A DNA stretch of 64,000 bases. Source: a virus. Below, one piece after another: positions 18,701-28,763 of the stretch (position 1 is its first letter; every line of letters begins with the position of its first letter). The notes under the pieces are model-generated. The model was not told where the DNA came from and searched no databases. It saw only the letters and a program-made list of their open reading frames with translations. The position numbers were made by a program, and so were the translations under genes. The DNA is taken from the IMG/VR virus record IMGVR_UViG_3300045988_071280; one strand, given 5' to 3'.

Positions 18701-20644
18701 TAATACTCTATCAGGATAATCGCTAGTTAGAATACTTTTTCCATTATTATTTGCAATAAAAGATTCTGTAAAATATATAGTATCCTCAATTGGAAGTACC
18801 GGAAGATGAGAAAAGGATTCTAAACCAATTGTGATTCCTTGACAATATACAGTTGGCACTCGCTTTTGTCTAACAAAGAAAAATCCTTTAGTATATTTTT
18901 TTAATTCTTCTATAACTTTTGGTTGAAATTTAAATTTAATTCCTAAAGGAAGATAATTATTTCCTTCGTCAAGAGCACTACTTTCAGAAGATCTTTTCAA
19001 TCTAACTACTCCTCTAGCATTTGAAAGTACGACACTATCTCCAGAAATAAACCCTTCTTCATTTACTTCTATGTAAGATCTTATCTTCTCTCCAAAAGTA
19101 TTTTCTTTATATATTTCAAATTCTTCAAATTCAGAATTATTTCTTAAGTCTCCCCCTCTTATATTAAATACTGGAGAAAGAGTATAATCATTTAATATAT
19201 AAACAATTCCAAATCTATAAATATCTTCCCAATATCCTAATCTATAATATATATTATATGGGTTGTAATATCCTCCTTGATTAAGAGAGTTTGTAGAAGT
19301 ACCATACATTTTATATTCAGCATCTACTCTACCAATAGAGTCTTCTGAATATATTTCGGGACAAATTCGTAAAGATAAATCAGCTAATTCTTTATATGGA
19401 ACAGTTACTTTATCAATATTACCTAAAAATAATCTATTCTGAACTTGAGCTTGGGTTTTAGCTTTATCTATTATATTATAAGAAATATTTATATCATTAA
19501 GACTAATTTCAGAAACTGGCTCTAAACCAACTATAGTTATATCACAAATAGTATTTATTACTACATATTTATCCTCTATTTTATATGCTTTAGTAATCTC
19601 TGTTCCATTTTCAGTTCCAGTACATCTTGTATAATAAATACTTATATAATTATAAGAGGTGTCTATATTAGATAGTAAGAATTTAATTAATTTATGAGAA
19701 TTTGTATCATATAATCCACCTTTTATAGTTTTAGCATCATCTAAATCTCCTAAGAATACTGAAACAATTCCACTTTCAGAAACAAAATCTGTTTCATTTC
19801 CATCAGAATCTACATATTTAAAATAAAATACATAATTACCAACTTTCAACTCTCCTCCACTTTGTACTCCTTTAAATTCGAGAATTGGAATTTGATTTAT
19901 AGACTTATATAAATTAACTTCCCCGTTTAAAGAATCTTCATCATAGATATTTGTGTCATTATTTCCTTCTCTATCTACTACTTTATACATTCCGTTTTCT
20001 AAAGGAGTAAATCTAGAATTTATTAGTCTAGGAGTATTTAAATCATCATTTAATATTAGATTAACTGAACCATCATAAGATTCTTGTATCTCTATATCTA
20101 TAGGGTGATTTAAATCAAAATTAAGATCTTTTGTAGTAAAATCTACTAACTCTCCTTTATAATTAGATATAATAAATTTTTCATCTCCATTATTTATACT
20201 TACTTCTTCATTATCAAAGTTTAAAGGATTTAATCCAAATACTTCTCTGGGAGTATATTTTTTTAATGGGGAAGATAAAGTAGATGTTGTATAATTATAC
20301 TTATTATCAATATCACCTGGTTGAGTTTCACTTATTACATATTGAGTATCTATATTTTCTTCTGTAATATATATTGTAATAGGTTTAGAGAATTCTACAG
20401 TATAGTTGGTATCTGAATTTTTTTTATACTTTAAAACTTCTAAAATATCTAAAGTTGCTTCTATATTTTGATTGGAAGATTTTAATAAATATCTTCCACT
20501 AACATCATTTTTTAAATATCTATTACCAGAAATCCTTAAATTACGAAAAGGATTATATTCATAAGCTAAAAATCCTTCTGTTTGAATTACTTTATAATAA
20601 ATATTAAACTTAATATCAAATGGTACTGATATAAAACTCTTCAT
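15758..20644 (-). CDS. very large tail structural protein, 1628 aa
   Basis: Uninterrupted 4.9-kb ORF spaced 1 nt from the upstream 1240-aa ORF. Composition is rich in beta-formers (N/Y/S/T). The position matches the tail hub/muzzle genes of crAss-like phages (inference). Confidence 0.6.
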   Translation of the reverse strand: MKSFISVPFDIKFNIYYKVIQTEGFLAYEYNPFRNLRISGNRYLKNDVSGRYLLKSSNQNIEATLDILEVLKYKKNSDTNYTVEFSKPITIYITEENIDTQYVISETQPGDIDNKYNYTTSTLSSPLKKYTPREVFGLNPLNFDNEEVSINNGDEKFIISNYKGELVDFTTKDLNFDLNHPIDIEIQESYDGSVNLILNDDLNTPRLINSRFTPLENGMYKVVDREGNNDTNIYDEDSLNGEVNLYKSINQIPILEFKGVQSGGELKVGNYVFYFKYVDSDGNETDFVSESGIVSVFLGDLDDAKTIKGGLYDTNSHKLIKFLLSNIDTSYNYISIYYTRCTGTENGTEITKAYKIEDKYVVINTICDITIVGLEPVSEISLNDINISYNIIDKAKTQAQVQNRLFLGNIDKVTVPYKELADLSLRICPEIYSEDSIGRVDAEYKMYGTSTNSLNQGGYYNPYNIYYRLGYWEDIYRFGIVYILNDYTLSPVFNIRGGDLRNNSEFEEFEIYKENTFGEKIRSYIEVNEEGFISGDSVVLSNARGVVRLKRSSESSALDEGNNYLPLGIKFKFQPKVIEELKKYTKGFFFVRQKRVPTVYCQGITIGLESFSHLPVLPIEDTIYFTESFIANNNGKSILTSDYPDRVLTTTFATSYASIIPEAELNSEFYSQIFNGSKFVCRESSIQSNKKYFIQGNNERHYYIDGYKDNTTSDISTIKDVSLTYIDDNIQLKTSGTTDFSSRAGEAEVAYKFKYFYKEDTSRTAKNLLRGSWGPYVGTEGIIGNCRIFEVMIPGYNESLMKDYFKSRFSDLSSYYSISDRQAWEYTNDSMICYRGDCYYGSFTHRMCRNFQDPESPTNDTIVDPNTWENNYSGSDTGALDLEKAELINRGDVNAVGIGHWVTFNCASNINFALRCEDETNVSEVALNGHPRTFYPISRFNTSGEYKIPESTLYNSGLNSSTSDKYHFVVPDVPYIKNEFSNRIMYSDIFISDAYKNSYRVFQLNNYKDYNHEYGNITSIVEWFGNLIVVFERGTGLIPVNERIQTAGELNNPVYLNSNNVLPERPILLSKMYGSQWKDSILRTDNFVYGVDTIAKKIWRTNGRTFEVISDFKIQKYLNDNISLLEREREPLVGVRNVKTHYNKFKFDVMFTFYDDVKESNNVGELITSKEWNLCYNEKLQLWTTRYSWIPLMSENISNVYFSSNKEDSKSTSRVASSWKNSKSSYGIVLGSVFEDNKYTNILSKYNLEDPNNSKLRVNYSGVEIPNLINSGITKDIIIGKLHIKLNLDSDKFRIKYSKYSFNNSEDYPDNDDFKLVTYEEGTSDNIKNITTYLVLKSSDSNIRNKYSKGEDIDISSIYYSLNIQAELVRGRNESITDNIEEIGVDVSNRYNDIVYLRTSEEYWENPTYFWRHGVAGIFDNKEKIYPTSWYKERDSKGVPLSYDPFEFEFVVNKNVGYHKVFTNLFIISNNVLPELVSFEVIGDAYDFSNVPDLKEGSYLVQKGEKEENEVDNYIKFIDNKDCNNNNIGSSAIIFYDDRLSEYSLRRIQPIKDMSTCGIIKGNTRYQEDFVNVTLEPFKYQRGSKGNIKLKIEETRPRDKYIKIRVKYSGDKRVIITALQTMFEISFC

Positions 20645-20645
20645 C

Positions 20646-23600
20646 TTAAGAACATTTTGAAGTACTAAATAGATTTGTTACATTCCCTATATCTCCTAGA
20701 ATCTCTCCGTTTCCAAACGCTTGATCCCATCCAAGATAAAGATTACAATCAGAAAATAATTTAGAAGTGTCTGGATTACAACAGAGGTTAAAAGTATCTT
20801 CGGCATTTGCATAAGTAGTTAATAAAACTGTCGCAGAATTTGTATGTGGACCATTAATTGCAGTATTCTCATTTTTTTCTGATTGAGGAAAATAAAATCC
20901 TTTATCTTTAATACTTAATCTACTTATTGGAATAAATTCATTACCTCTCTTATAACTTAAATAATTATTTGGAGTAATACTTATATAAGATGTATATGAA
21001 GCAGAGGTATTATATAATTTAGAATATGTTGATAGATCTGAACTAAATATATTAGATTTAAATATATATGAAATAGGTATATTAAAAGATCTAGTTATCT
21101 CCATTTGTGAATAGTCATTGTTTGTTACTGGAGTATTTATAATCTTACCATTGGATTTAAGTGACTTTTTATAATTAGATACTAAATCATTTATAGAAGT
21201 TGAGAGGGGAGAATTATTAACATTTATATTAGAATTATATACTGTATCTAAAGAAATTTCCCCTTCTATAATACTATCGAAATTAGAATGATATTCTACA
21301 TTACTTGGTATATATTTATTATATGTAAGTTCACCCGCTTCTACTTCTTCTTTATATAAATTATTAAAGAATTTAGCAATAGAACTATTTGTACTACTTG
21401 GAGATAAATTATTTTGAAATACTAAAGGAAGTACTCCTATAGGATAATTAGAATTTGCTGTATTTTTGTATAGAATTAAATAAGAATAAGGTCTATTCAT
21501 TCCTATTTCATCTCTTAACAATTTAATACAACTTGTGACACTTCCACCTTCATTTTCTCTTAATAAAGTTGGAGAATATTCTCCATTTTTTGGAGATTTA
21601 GTACCTCCAGCAAATCCTATAATAGCTATTTTATAATCTTGATTATTATATTTAAATAAACTTTGTATTCTATTAAGTATTTTTGATGTTGCGGCAGATA
21701 CATTATGTAGTCCACTTATTATTCCAGAGTCTGGAGCACTCATCCATGAATCTCTAACTGAGGTATCAACAAATATATTAATAGGATTAGCAATACATAC
21801 CCAATCATCACCATTAAGATCATCAAAGTAAGGTATTCCAAAAGAAATATTATTCCCATTAAAACCCATAATATTTAAGGAATCTACAGCTTTAACGTAC
21901 TTTATTTTATCTCCTTTAATCTCTTTTTGAGATACTAAGGAGTGTACTTCCCTATTTAAATCAACAACTATTGTAAGTTTTCTATTATCCTTATTTCCAT
22001 TTATAGAAATATCTGTAGTTTTTTGTAAATTAATTTCACTATTTGTGGGTAAAGTAGGAATATTATTATTTTCTTCTAGAGTAACTTTAGTAAATTTTGG
22101 AGTTGTAGATTTAATAGATATATCAATATCTCCATACTGAAAAAGATTTATAGTATTTAAAAAATATTCTCCAGTAATTGTTTTTTCTGTACTAAGTACC
22201 GTTGAATATTCATCTCCGGGATTAGTATCTCTAATTAGCTCTGATTCTGTTTTTGGTCCAGTTATATTTAATTGCTTATTTATAGATTCCTGAGTTTCAG
22301 ATAAAGATAACTCTCCAGATAACCTTTTAGTTTCATAATTTTCTATTGGAAGAGTACTAAAATCTCTATTATAATCTGTTATCGGTTTTGAATATTCATT
22401 ATTGAACCATCCATTAGTTACTAATGTATAAATAGCATTATACTCCTTAAAACGATAATTAGTAGATAGATATCCATCCTGATATTTACCAGTAGTTCCA
22501 TATATAGAATCAAAAGTTAACTGTTGTTCAGATTTTTCTTTATATATATCTAATCCACATAGTCTACATATATAAAAATTATTAAATCTTAGTTTATTAT
22601 ATATAGAACTATTTATATATTGTTCTTGTGTAAAACAATTATTATAAAAATAAGATTTATTTTCTCCTAACTGTGGTTTAATAAATATACATTTAGGCAT
22701 TCCGTTAGATTCTTCCAAACATAAATTTTTTAATTCAGTAAGTCCTTCGGAATCATTATTTCTAACTTTAACAATCGCATCCAAATATTCACTTTGTTTA
22801 GTTCTATCTAATAATAGGAAATATCCAGAATAACCTATATCAGTGTAATTAGATTTAGATATAAATATTTTATTAAATTCATTTATATTATCTCCACACA
22901 AATTATTAAAATATTGTTCTGGATTATCTAATTTATTTCCATCTTGATTAAAATATGGTTCTGCCTTAAATTCCTTTGAGAAGCAATCTACTGTGAAATT
23001 ATATGATCCAGAAATGATTTTAGATAATGGATATATAAAAGAAGTTTTTGCGTGTATATCATAAAATTCTATATACATCACATTACATCTATTTAATCCA
23101 TTTTTAGTTCCTCTTACAAGAAAATCTGTACTAATCTCTACTTGTTTAAATTCATTATTATTATAATCTTTTATACTATTAGTAGAATATCTCCAAGTAG
23201 TAGATTCTTGATCTCCTGTAAGTTTTGAATAAGATAATTCTAAATTATAAGTTAAATCTTCAAAATATTGAAATCTAGAATATGGTTTTATAGTAATTGT
23301 TTTAATATTACTCGGATCTAAGTTTAAGAATTTTCCATTTATTGTTATATTCGAGTTTGGAATGTCTTCTTTCACATTAGATGATACATTTTTAGATGTA
23401 TATTGTGATTCACTTATTTCTAAACAGTTTCCATCAATTTCCGTATCCGATCCATTAGATATTGTTATATTCTCTAATCCCTCAAATTCTACTCCATATG
23501 TATTATTATAACTATTGGATATACTAGAAACAGAAAACTCTAGATCATAAGAATCATTATCATTTTCTATCACATTTCCAAGATCAACAGAAAAAGAATC

Positions 23601-24368
23601 TATATCCTCTATTTCAAGTACTATAGCTAAATATCCGTTTAATTTATCATTATAGATGCTAAATAATCCAGGATTTTTTACAGTATTTAAATCGGGATTT
23701 CCGTTAAATGCTTCATCTTTAGTATAGAAAAATTTTTGATGATTAATATTAAATGCAGAAGTTTGTTCTTCTATATATGTAACCATTCCATTCTCACCTA
23801 TTTTAGCTAGGTGCATATGATATAAACGTCTCTCTCCACTATTTTCTGTTATATAATAATTTAAATGTTCATAAGAATCTTTAAAGTTCTTATAATCATC
23901 GTTATTATTTAATCCTTCTATATAAATAAGAAATTTATCTCCCGGACGAAGAATATTTTTTTCTAAATCTCCAAAATCTACTTTTAAATAATTTATACGT
24001 AATCCTCCGTTTGAATTTGATACATCTGAGGTTTTTATAGATACATCTAAATTATCAGGAAGCTCATCAGATGTAATATTTCTTTCTGGAGAAGGAAATG
24101 ATCCAATCTCACACTCATTAGTAAAAGGATTAACAGATGCTATATATATAATCCCTCCATACTGCTTTATCCCAAGAGGAATAAAATCTTTCTTTAACGC
24201 ACAAGATTCAACTCTCCCATTTCCAGAATCATTCTGTAATATAAACTCATTACCATCGAAAGTAATCAATGTCCCATTTAAACAATCTGTTAATACTGTA
24301 TTCGGAACTACAGTATCATTCATATCCATTAATAATCCTCCATTAAAGGAGTTTTGAGCTATTTCCAT
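20646..24368 (-). CDS. large tail structural protein, 1240 aa
   Basis: 3.7-kb ORF, tightly packed in the operon, located after the connector-like genes. Confidence 0.6.
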   Translation of the reverse strand: MEIAQNSFNGGLLMDMNDTVVPNTVLTDCLNGTLITFDGNEFILQNDSGNGRVESCALKKDFIPLGIKQYGGIIYIASVNPFTNECEIGSFPSPERNITSDELPDNLDVSIKTSDVSNSNGGLRINYLKVDFGDLEKNILRPGDKFLIYIEGLNNNDDYKNFKDSYEHLNYYITENSGERRLYHMHLAKIGENGMVTYIEEQTSAFNINHQKFFYTKDEAFNGNPDLNTVKNPGLFSIYNDKLNGYLAIVLEIEDIDSFSVDLGNVIENDNDSYDLEFSVSSISNSYNNTYGVEFEGLENITISNGSDTEIDGNCLEISESQYTSKNVSSNVKEDIPNSNITINGKFLNLDPSNIKTITIKPYSRFQYFEDLTYNLELSYSKLTGDQESTTWRYSTNSIKDYNNNEFKQVEISTDFLVRGTKNGLNRCNVMYIEFYDIHAKTSFIYPLSKIISGSYNFTVDCFSKEFKAEPYFNQDGNKLDNPEQYFNNLCGDNINEFNKIFISKSNYTDIGYSGYFLLLDRTKQSEYLDAIVKVRNNDSEGLTELKNLCLEESNGMPKCIFIKPQLGENKSYFYNNCFTQEQYINSSIYNKLRFNNFYICRLCGLDIYKEKSEQQLTFDSIYGTTGKYQDGYLSTNYRFKEYNAIYTLVTNGWFNNEYSKPITDYNRDFSTLPIENYETKRLSGELSLSETQESINKQLNITGPKTESELIRDTNPGDEYSTVLSTEKTITGEYFLNTINLFQYGDIDISIKSTTPKFTKVTLEENNNIPTLPTNSEINLQKTTDISINGNKDNRKLTIVVDLNREVHSLVSQKEIKGDKIKYVKAVDSLNIMGFNGNNISFGIPYFDDLNGDDWVCIANPINIFVDTSVRDSWMSAPDSGIISGLHNVSAATSKILNRIQSLFKYNNQDYKIAIIGFAGGTKSPKNGEYSPTLLRENEGGSVTSCIKLLRDEIGMNRPYSYLILYKNTANSNYPIGVLPLVFQNNLSPSSTNSSIAKFFNNLYKEEVEAGELTYNKYIPSNVEYHSNFDSIIEGEISLDTVYNSNINVNNSPLSTSINDLVSNYKKSLKSNGKIINTPVTNNDYSQMEITRSFNIPISYIFKSNIFSSDLSTYSKLYNTSASYTSYISITPNNYLSYKRGNEFIPISRLSIKDKGFYFPQSEKNENTAINGPHTNSATVLLTTYANAEDTFNLCCNPDTSKLFSDCNLYLGWDQAFGNGEILGDIGNVTNLFSTSKCS

Positions 24369-24369
24369 A

Positions 24370-24969
24370 TTAAAATTCCGTTAAATCTTCTCTAGTTATA
24401 TTATCAATTTTAGTAAACTCATATCCATCAAAAGATCTTTTCAAGAAATATTCCGCATCTTTAGTAGAATAATTCTCAAAAAATACCTTATATCCAGGAA
24501 TTCCGTATAATTTAACTCTAAAGAAATGGTCATAATTTAAATTAAGCAAGCACTCATCGAGCACTCTATATAAGCATACATCCCCAAAATTAAACGTAAT
24601 ATTTCTTTTATTTAAATAAATAGATTTAAACTTCTCCTCAGTTAATCCAAAATAACAATACCCCCACCATTTAGTTCTACGCTGTCTATATAAAAACCTC
24701 ATCTTAGTAATCATCTTACTAATAGCATATCTAATTTTATGAGCAATACTTTGAAATGTAACTCTTCCAATGAGAAATTTAAACATCTTACCATCTATTT
24801 TACTAGATAAATAAACATCACTATTATTAGATATTACATAATATAAATATCTATTCCCATATTTAATAATAGTAGTTAAATCTTCTATACTAAATTCCGG
24901 AAATCTTTCTTGTAATATCGGGAGATAATCCTTTAAATACTTAATCTTATTAGCCATACTTATTACCAC
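24370..24969 (-). CDS. hypothetical basic protein, 199 aa
   Basis: ORF spaced 1 nt from the downstream gene and overlapping the upstream gene by 20 nt. No motif recognised. Confidence 0.45.
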   Translation of the reverse strand: MVISMANKIKYLKDYLPILQERFPEFSIEDLTTIIKYGNRYLYYVISNNSDVYLSSKIDGKMFKFLIGRVTFQSIAHKIRYAISKMITKMRFLYRQRRTKWWGYCYFGLTEEKFKSIYLNKRNITFNFGDVCLYRVLDECLLNLNYDHFFRVKLYGIPGYKVFFENYSTKDAEYFLKRSFDGYEFTKIDNITREDLTEF

Positions 24970-25411
24970 TATTTACATTATCAAAAAATTCTTTAGTTAA
25001 GGAGTAATTTAACATTACTCCTCTAGTTAAAGTTCCTTTCTTACCTTTCTCATAGAATAATTTAATTTGTGGGTATTTATACTCAGAATCAAAATAATTA
25101 TACATTGTATTTGTAGAAGTCTTTAGATGATTTAAAAGTTCTTCTCCTTTAAGTATTTCAATCCCTAAAATCATTCTTTTTCTGGTTGTAAATACGAAAG
25201 TAGTACTATTTCTGATAATATCCAATATTACTAAATATAAAAAGTAAATATAAATCCTACAACACCATAATCGGAGTTCTGCACCATTTTTATAATTCTT
25301 TTTAAGCATTTTTCTAGATACCTCTAACTTCTTTAAATCGAATTTTTCAAATAATTCAGGTGCGGAGAATGTATAACTAAGAGAAGATATTGTTGTATTA
25401 TTATATTTCAT
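24950..25411 (-). CDS. hypothetical protein, 153 aa
   Basis: ORF whose start overlaps the stop of the upstream gene at 25411. No motif recognised. Confidence 0.45.
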   Translation of the reverse strand: MKYNNTTISSLSYTFSAPELFEKFDLKKLEVSRKMLKKNYKNGAELRLWCCRIYIYFLYLVILDIIRNSTTFVFTTRKRMILGIEILKGEELLNHLKTSTNTMYNYFDSEYKYPQIKLFYEKGKKGTLTRGVMLNYSLTKEFFDNVNSGNKYG

Positions 25412-26100
25412 TACTTCTCTGGTTTAAATGATTTTCCGTAAGATTTTCTATCAAAGCTAGTCATTACATCTAAAATCCTATTCATATCGTTTTGAGATAC
25501 TTTTTCCGGAACTCTAGCTCTTTCACATAACCTAGCCCATTCTAATTTTATATTCTGAGCCATTTGATATGTATTAGGATCTCTAGTTCTAATAGCTTGT
25601 TTATATAAATCTGTATAAGCACAATATGCTGCAATTGCTTCGGCCTCTTTAGAATTTATATAAGGAAACCCTTCCTCGTCTAGAATTTGTTTCCTATATA
25701 AAACCAATACATTCTTATAATCCTTATCAAATAATAAAGTATTTTCCCTCATTTGGTAATTTAATAATACTCCATAATCATATAATAAGGATTTATTATA
25801 TTTCCAGTATTCTATATACCGTTCTATGTAATTAGTAATAACTTGAGGCCAACGTTGTTTGTTAGATGTTTTTTGAGAGTCTATAAAATTCCCAAACACT
25901 GCTTCGATACTAGTAACATCACATGGGAGTTCTAATTCCCCGTTTACAACGTCTCCAACAAATTCCTTTATCTCAGTTTGTTTATTTCCTATCTTATCAT
26001 ATGCAATCATTCCTGAGGATTCAAATTCTAATTGGTCTATATTTAAACCATAATTAGTTTGAATATATGTATATGCTGTGTGGAAGTTTAAATTCTTCAT
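25411..26100 (-). CDS. putative head-tail connector/adaptor protein, 229 aa
   Basis: ORF positioned between the capsid-proximal genes and the tail genes. Function is inferred from position only. Confidence 0.4.
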   Translation of the reverse strand: MKNLNFHTAYTYIQTNYGLNIDQLEFESSGMIAYDKIGNKQTEIKEFVGDVVNGELELPCDVTSIEAVFGNFIDSQKTSNKQRWPQVITNYIERYIEYWKYNKSLLYDYGVLLNYQMRENTLLFDKDYKNVLVLYRKQILDEEGFPYINSKEAEAIAAYCAYTDLYKQAIRTRDPNTYQMAQNIKLEWARLCERARVPEKVSQNDMNRILDVMTSFDRKSYGKSFKPEK

Positions 26101-26105
26101 ATATA

Positions 26106-26789
26106 TTAAGCTTTAGCTACTTGATCATTTGGTAGGTTAGGTGCACTAAGGCTACGGTACCATCGTACCTTCTTTTCTGTAATCCTTCTCTTAATATCAT
26201 TAGTCAAGAAGTTCATATTAGATACTTCTTCCGCATTACAGCAAGTAAATTGTTCTAATTGTCTAGGATCTTTAAATACGGCTATTATAGATAGTGTTTT
26301 AATCAACGGAGCATTAAATATATAACAATCATACATCCCATTTCCATTAGGTGCTGTATCTATATAAATATAAGGCTTTCTTCCTAACCACCTATTATAT
26401 TTATGATACTGATAAGATATATCTGTATAAATTTTAAACGGAGTATTTCTATCAACAGTTCCAAAATACTGAATTGCATCAACTCCTAAATCTGTAACAA
26501 TTTGAGGTATTTCTACATGAGGAATATTAGTCTCTCTAACATTTAAATTAGAATTACATAAATTACAATTCTCTATAGGTTTACAATCTACCTCTAAACA
26601 ATTAATAGATGTAACTAAATCCTTAACTGGGAGAAGTCCTTTTAAAGCATATTCTTTTATTATAGTTAACCTCTCATCTATTATATCATCCTCTAACTGT
26701 TCAACGGATAAGGATATATTAGATGTAATACCTCTTAATCCTGATAAAATATCGTTTAAAATCGCAGAGGCTAATTTATTTAATTCCAT
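26106..26789 (-). CDS. putative head-tail connector/adaptor protein, 227 aa
   Basis: ORF that begins a new transcription unit after the terminator at 26804-26840. Function is inferred from position only. Confidence 0.4.
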   Translation of the reverse strand: MELNKLASAILNDILSGLRGITSNISLSVEQLEDDIIDERLTIIKEYALKGLLPVKDLVTSINCLEVDCKPIENCNLCNSNLNVRETNIPHVEIPQIVTDLGVDAIQYFGTVDRNTPFKIYTDISYQYHKYNRWLGRKPYIYIDTAPNGNGMYDCYIFNAPLIKTLSIIAVFKDPRQLEQFTCCNAEEVSNMNFLTNDIKRRITEKKVRWYRSLSAPNLPNDQVAKA

Positions 26790-26803
26790 ATAGTATAATA
26801 TTT

Positions 26804-26840
26804 AAAAAGGCAGATAAGAATATTATTATCTTACCTGCCT
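26804..26840 (-). terminator. rho-independent terminator
   Basis: On the minus strand, AGGCAGGTAAG-loop-CTTATCTGCCT is followed by TTTTT, immediately after the stop of 26867-28009. Confidence 0.65.
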
Positions 26841-26866
26841 TTTATTAAATAATATATTTTCTTATA

Positions 26867-28009
26867 TTAAGCGGTTACAGTTACATTAACAGTTAATACT
26901 GTATCTGATCCTTTTTTATAAGTTACAGCTACAGCAGAATCTGTAGTAGCTTTACCTGTAATTTCTATTCCTTTAACAGTTACTTTATTAGTATCAGCAG
27001 AAGCTACAGTATTATATTCAGAAAGCTTAATATCTACATATTTCGTCTCTCCTACTTTTAATGTCATAGTTTGAGTAGCTGACCCTCCAGCTTCATTATC
27101 AGAAGCAACTTCGATATCATCCACAACTACTCCAGCAGCTTTTACAGCAGTTTCAAAATTGTCTGAGATAGTAGTATTAATCCAGAAAACAGCTTTAGTA
27201 ATAGATACTAATTTTTCACCTACAGCACCCATACCAGTATGATCTCTTTCACATTCATAATCAAATACATATTGATTATAAGAAGCTCCCGGTACAATCT
27301 TAGAATCATCATTATCCTGATTAAAGATACCAGTTCTGAGACTAGTCTGGATCTGTACATTTTTCAACATAGTCCAGTAAGTACCAACACCTTCTTTAGC
27401 AATTTGAGTATGGCTACCAGTTAAGATAGTTCTGTATACTGGTTCTTTAGGATAATAATTACCTAAAGCAGCAGTACTAAAATCTTCTAATTTCTGTACT
27501 TCTAGTACATTAAATAACTGGAACTCATTAGCAGAAGTTACAGTAATTTTAGCACCATCAAGATCAGCTTTAAACCGAAGATTGTTATAGAAATTACCTT
27601 GTTTATTTATAATTTCAGCTAATTTTAAAGCAATATTAGCAGCAGTATCGGTATTAACTACATCTAAATTAGCATAAAACATTCTCCGACGCCTATCATC
27701 CATAGTTTCAGCAAAATATGAATCAGCAGATCCGGAAAGCTGCATACCAATAGCTAATCTAATATGATTTATTACACCAGCAGTTGTGGGTTTAACAGCA
27801 TCAGTAATAGTAATTTCAGATACAGATACCTGAGGATTTGAAGCTGATGTCTTATATATCTTCCCACCTTTAATATTTGCAGTTTTATAATCTCCTACAC
27901 GAAGAACCCTAAAACCTTGTTCACCACTTATCTGATTATCGAACTTATTAAGTCCACTAAGCGAATCTTTCGCACTATTAATAATTACTTCATTTACAAA
28001 TTCAAACAT
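26867..28009 (-). CDS. abundant-type structural protein with C-terminal bacterial Ig-like (Big_2-like) domain, 380 aa
   Basis: The C-terminal ~70 aa (TLKVGETKYVDIKL...VTVKGIEITGKATTDSAVAVTYKKGSDTVLTVNVTVTA) has an Ig-like beta pattern. A strong terminator follows the gene. Confidence 0.55.
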   Translation of the reverse strand: MFEFVNEVIINSAKDSLSGLNKFDNQISGEQGFRVLRVGDYKTANIKGGKIYKTSASNPQVSVSEITITDAVKPTTAGVINHIRLAIGMQLSGSADSYFAETMDDRRRRMFYANLDVVNTDTAANIALKLAEIINKQGNFYNNLRFKADLDGAKITVTSANEFQLFNVLEVQKLEDFSTAALGNYYPKEPVYRTILTGSHTQIAKEGVGTYWTMLKNVQIQTSLRTGIFNQDNDDSKIVPGASYNQYVFDYECERDHTGMGAVGEKLVSITKAVFWINTTISDNFETAVKAAGVVVDDIEVASDNEAGGSATQTMTLKVGETKYVDIKLSEYNTVASADTNKVTVKGIEITGKATTDSAVAVTYKKGSDTVLTVNVTVTA

Positions 28010-28020
28010 GTTTTTAAATT

Positions 28021-28755
28021 TTATTTGTTAGGGGAAATTGGTGGAGCTATTGTTTGATTAACTATAGGATTAGTATTTAATCTAGGATCTCTATGTCTCT
28101 CTAAAAATAATTTCACCATAATATTTATTATCTCATAACATACATATTTAGGAAACTCTAAATCCTCCAGAATATCATCTTCGCTCTCTAAATCATTTGG
28201 AGTTAGGATTAATTCATTTGGATATTTAATATAATCTATAGATATATCTGAAATACTTATATCTTTATTATCTCCATAAAACAATTTCATAACAACAGGA
28301 GTTCCGGTTTTAATTTGTCCGGAATCATCGTTATATATATAATAATAAGGTGTTTTATATGAAGGTTTAAAATAATAATTATTTAATATTCCAGGATATT
28401 TATCAGATGTTAATCTTCTCGCTCCCTTTTTAATTACTGAATTAGAATCACATTTAGAATTAGGATTATTAAATGTAATTACACAATTTTTAAGATGAAA
28501 ATAATCGCTAGGTAGAGTAAATAATATCTTATCTCCTTTATCTATTATACTTCCTCCAGATAAAGTTGCTGTCATATTTAATACTCTAAGATCATCATCC
28601 TCTTGTTGATTCATATCACAAAAGTTATATTTAGTATTTATATACTGAATAACACTTTTATAATAATAATAATTAAACTCGTCTAAGAGCATACTGGGAG
28701 CTTTTTGTTTTTCTAATTCTATAAGTACTGCTTGATAGACTTGTTTTAAATTCAT
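28021..28755 (-). CDS. structural protein, 244 aa
   Basis: ORF in the capsid-proximal operon. No motif recognised. Confidence 0.45.
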   Translation of the reverse strand: MNLKQVYQAVLIELEKQKAPSMLLDEFNYYYYKSVIQYINTKYNFCDMNQQEDDDLRVLNMTATLSGGSIIDKGDKILFTLPSDYFHLKNCVITFNNPNSKCDSNSVIKKGARRLTSDKYPGILNNYYFKPSYKTPYYYIYNDDSGQIKTGTPVVMKLFYGDNKDISISDISIDYIKYPNELILTPNDLESEDDILEDLEFPKYVCYEIINIMVKLFLERHRDPRLNTNPIVNQTIAPPISPNK

Positions 28756-28763
28756 ATTATGTA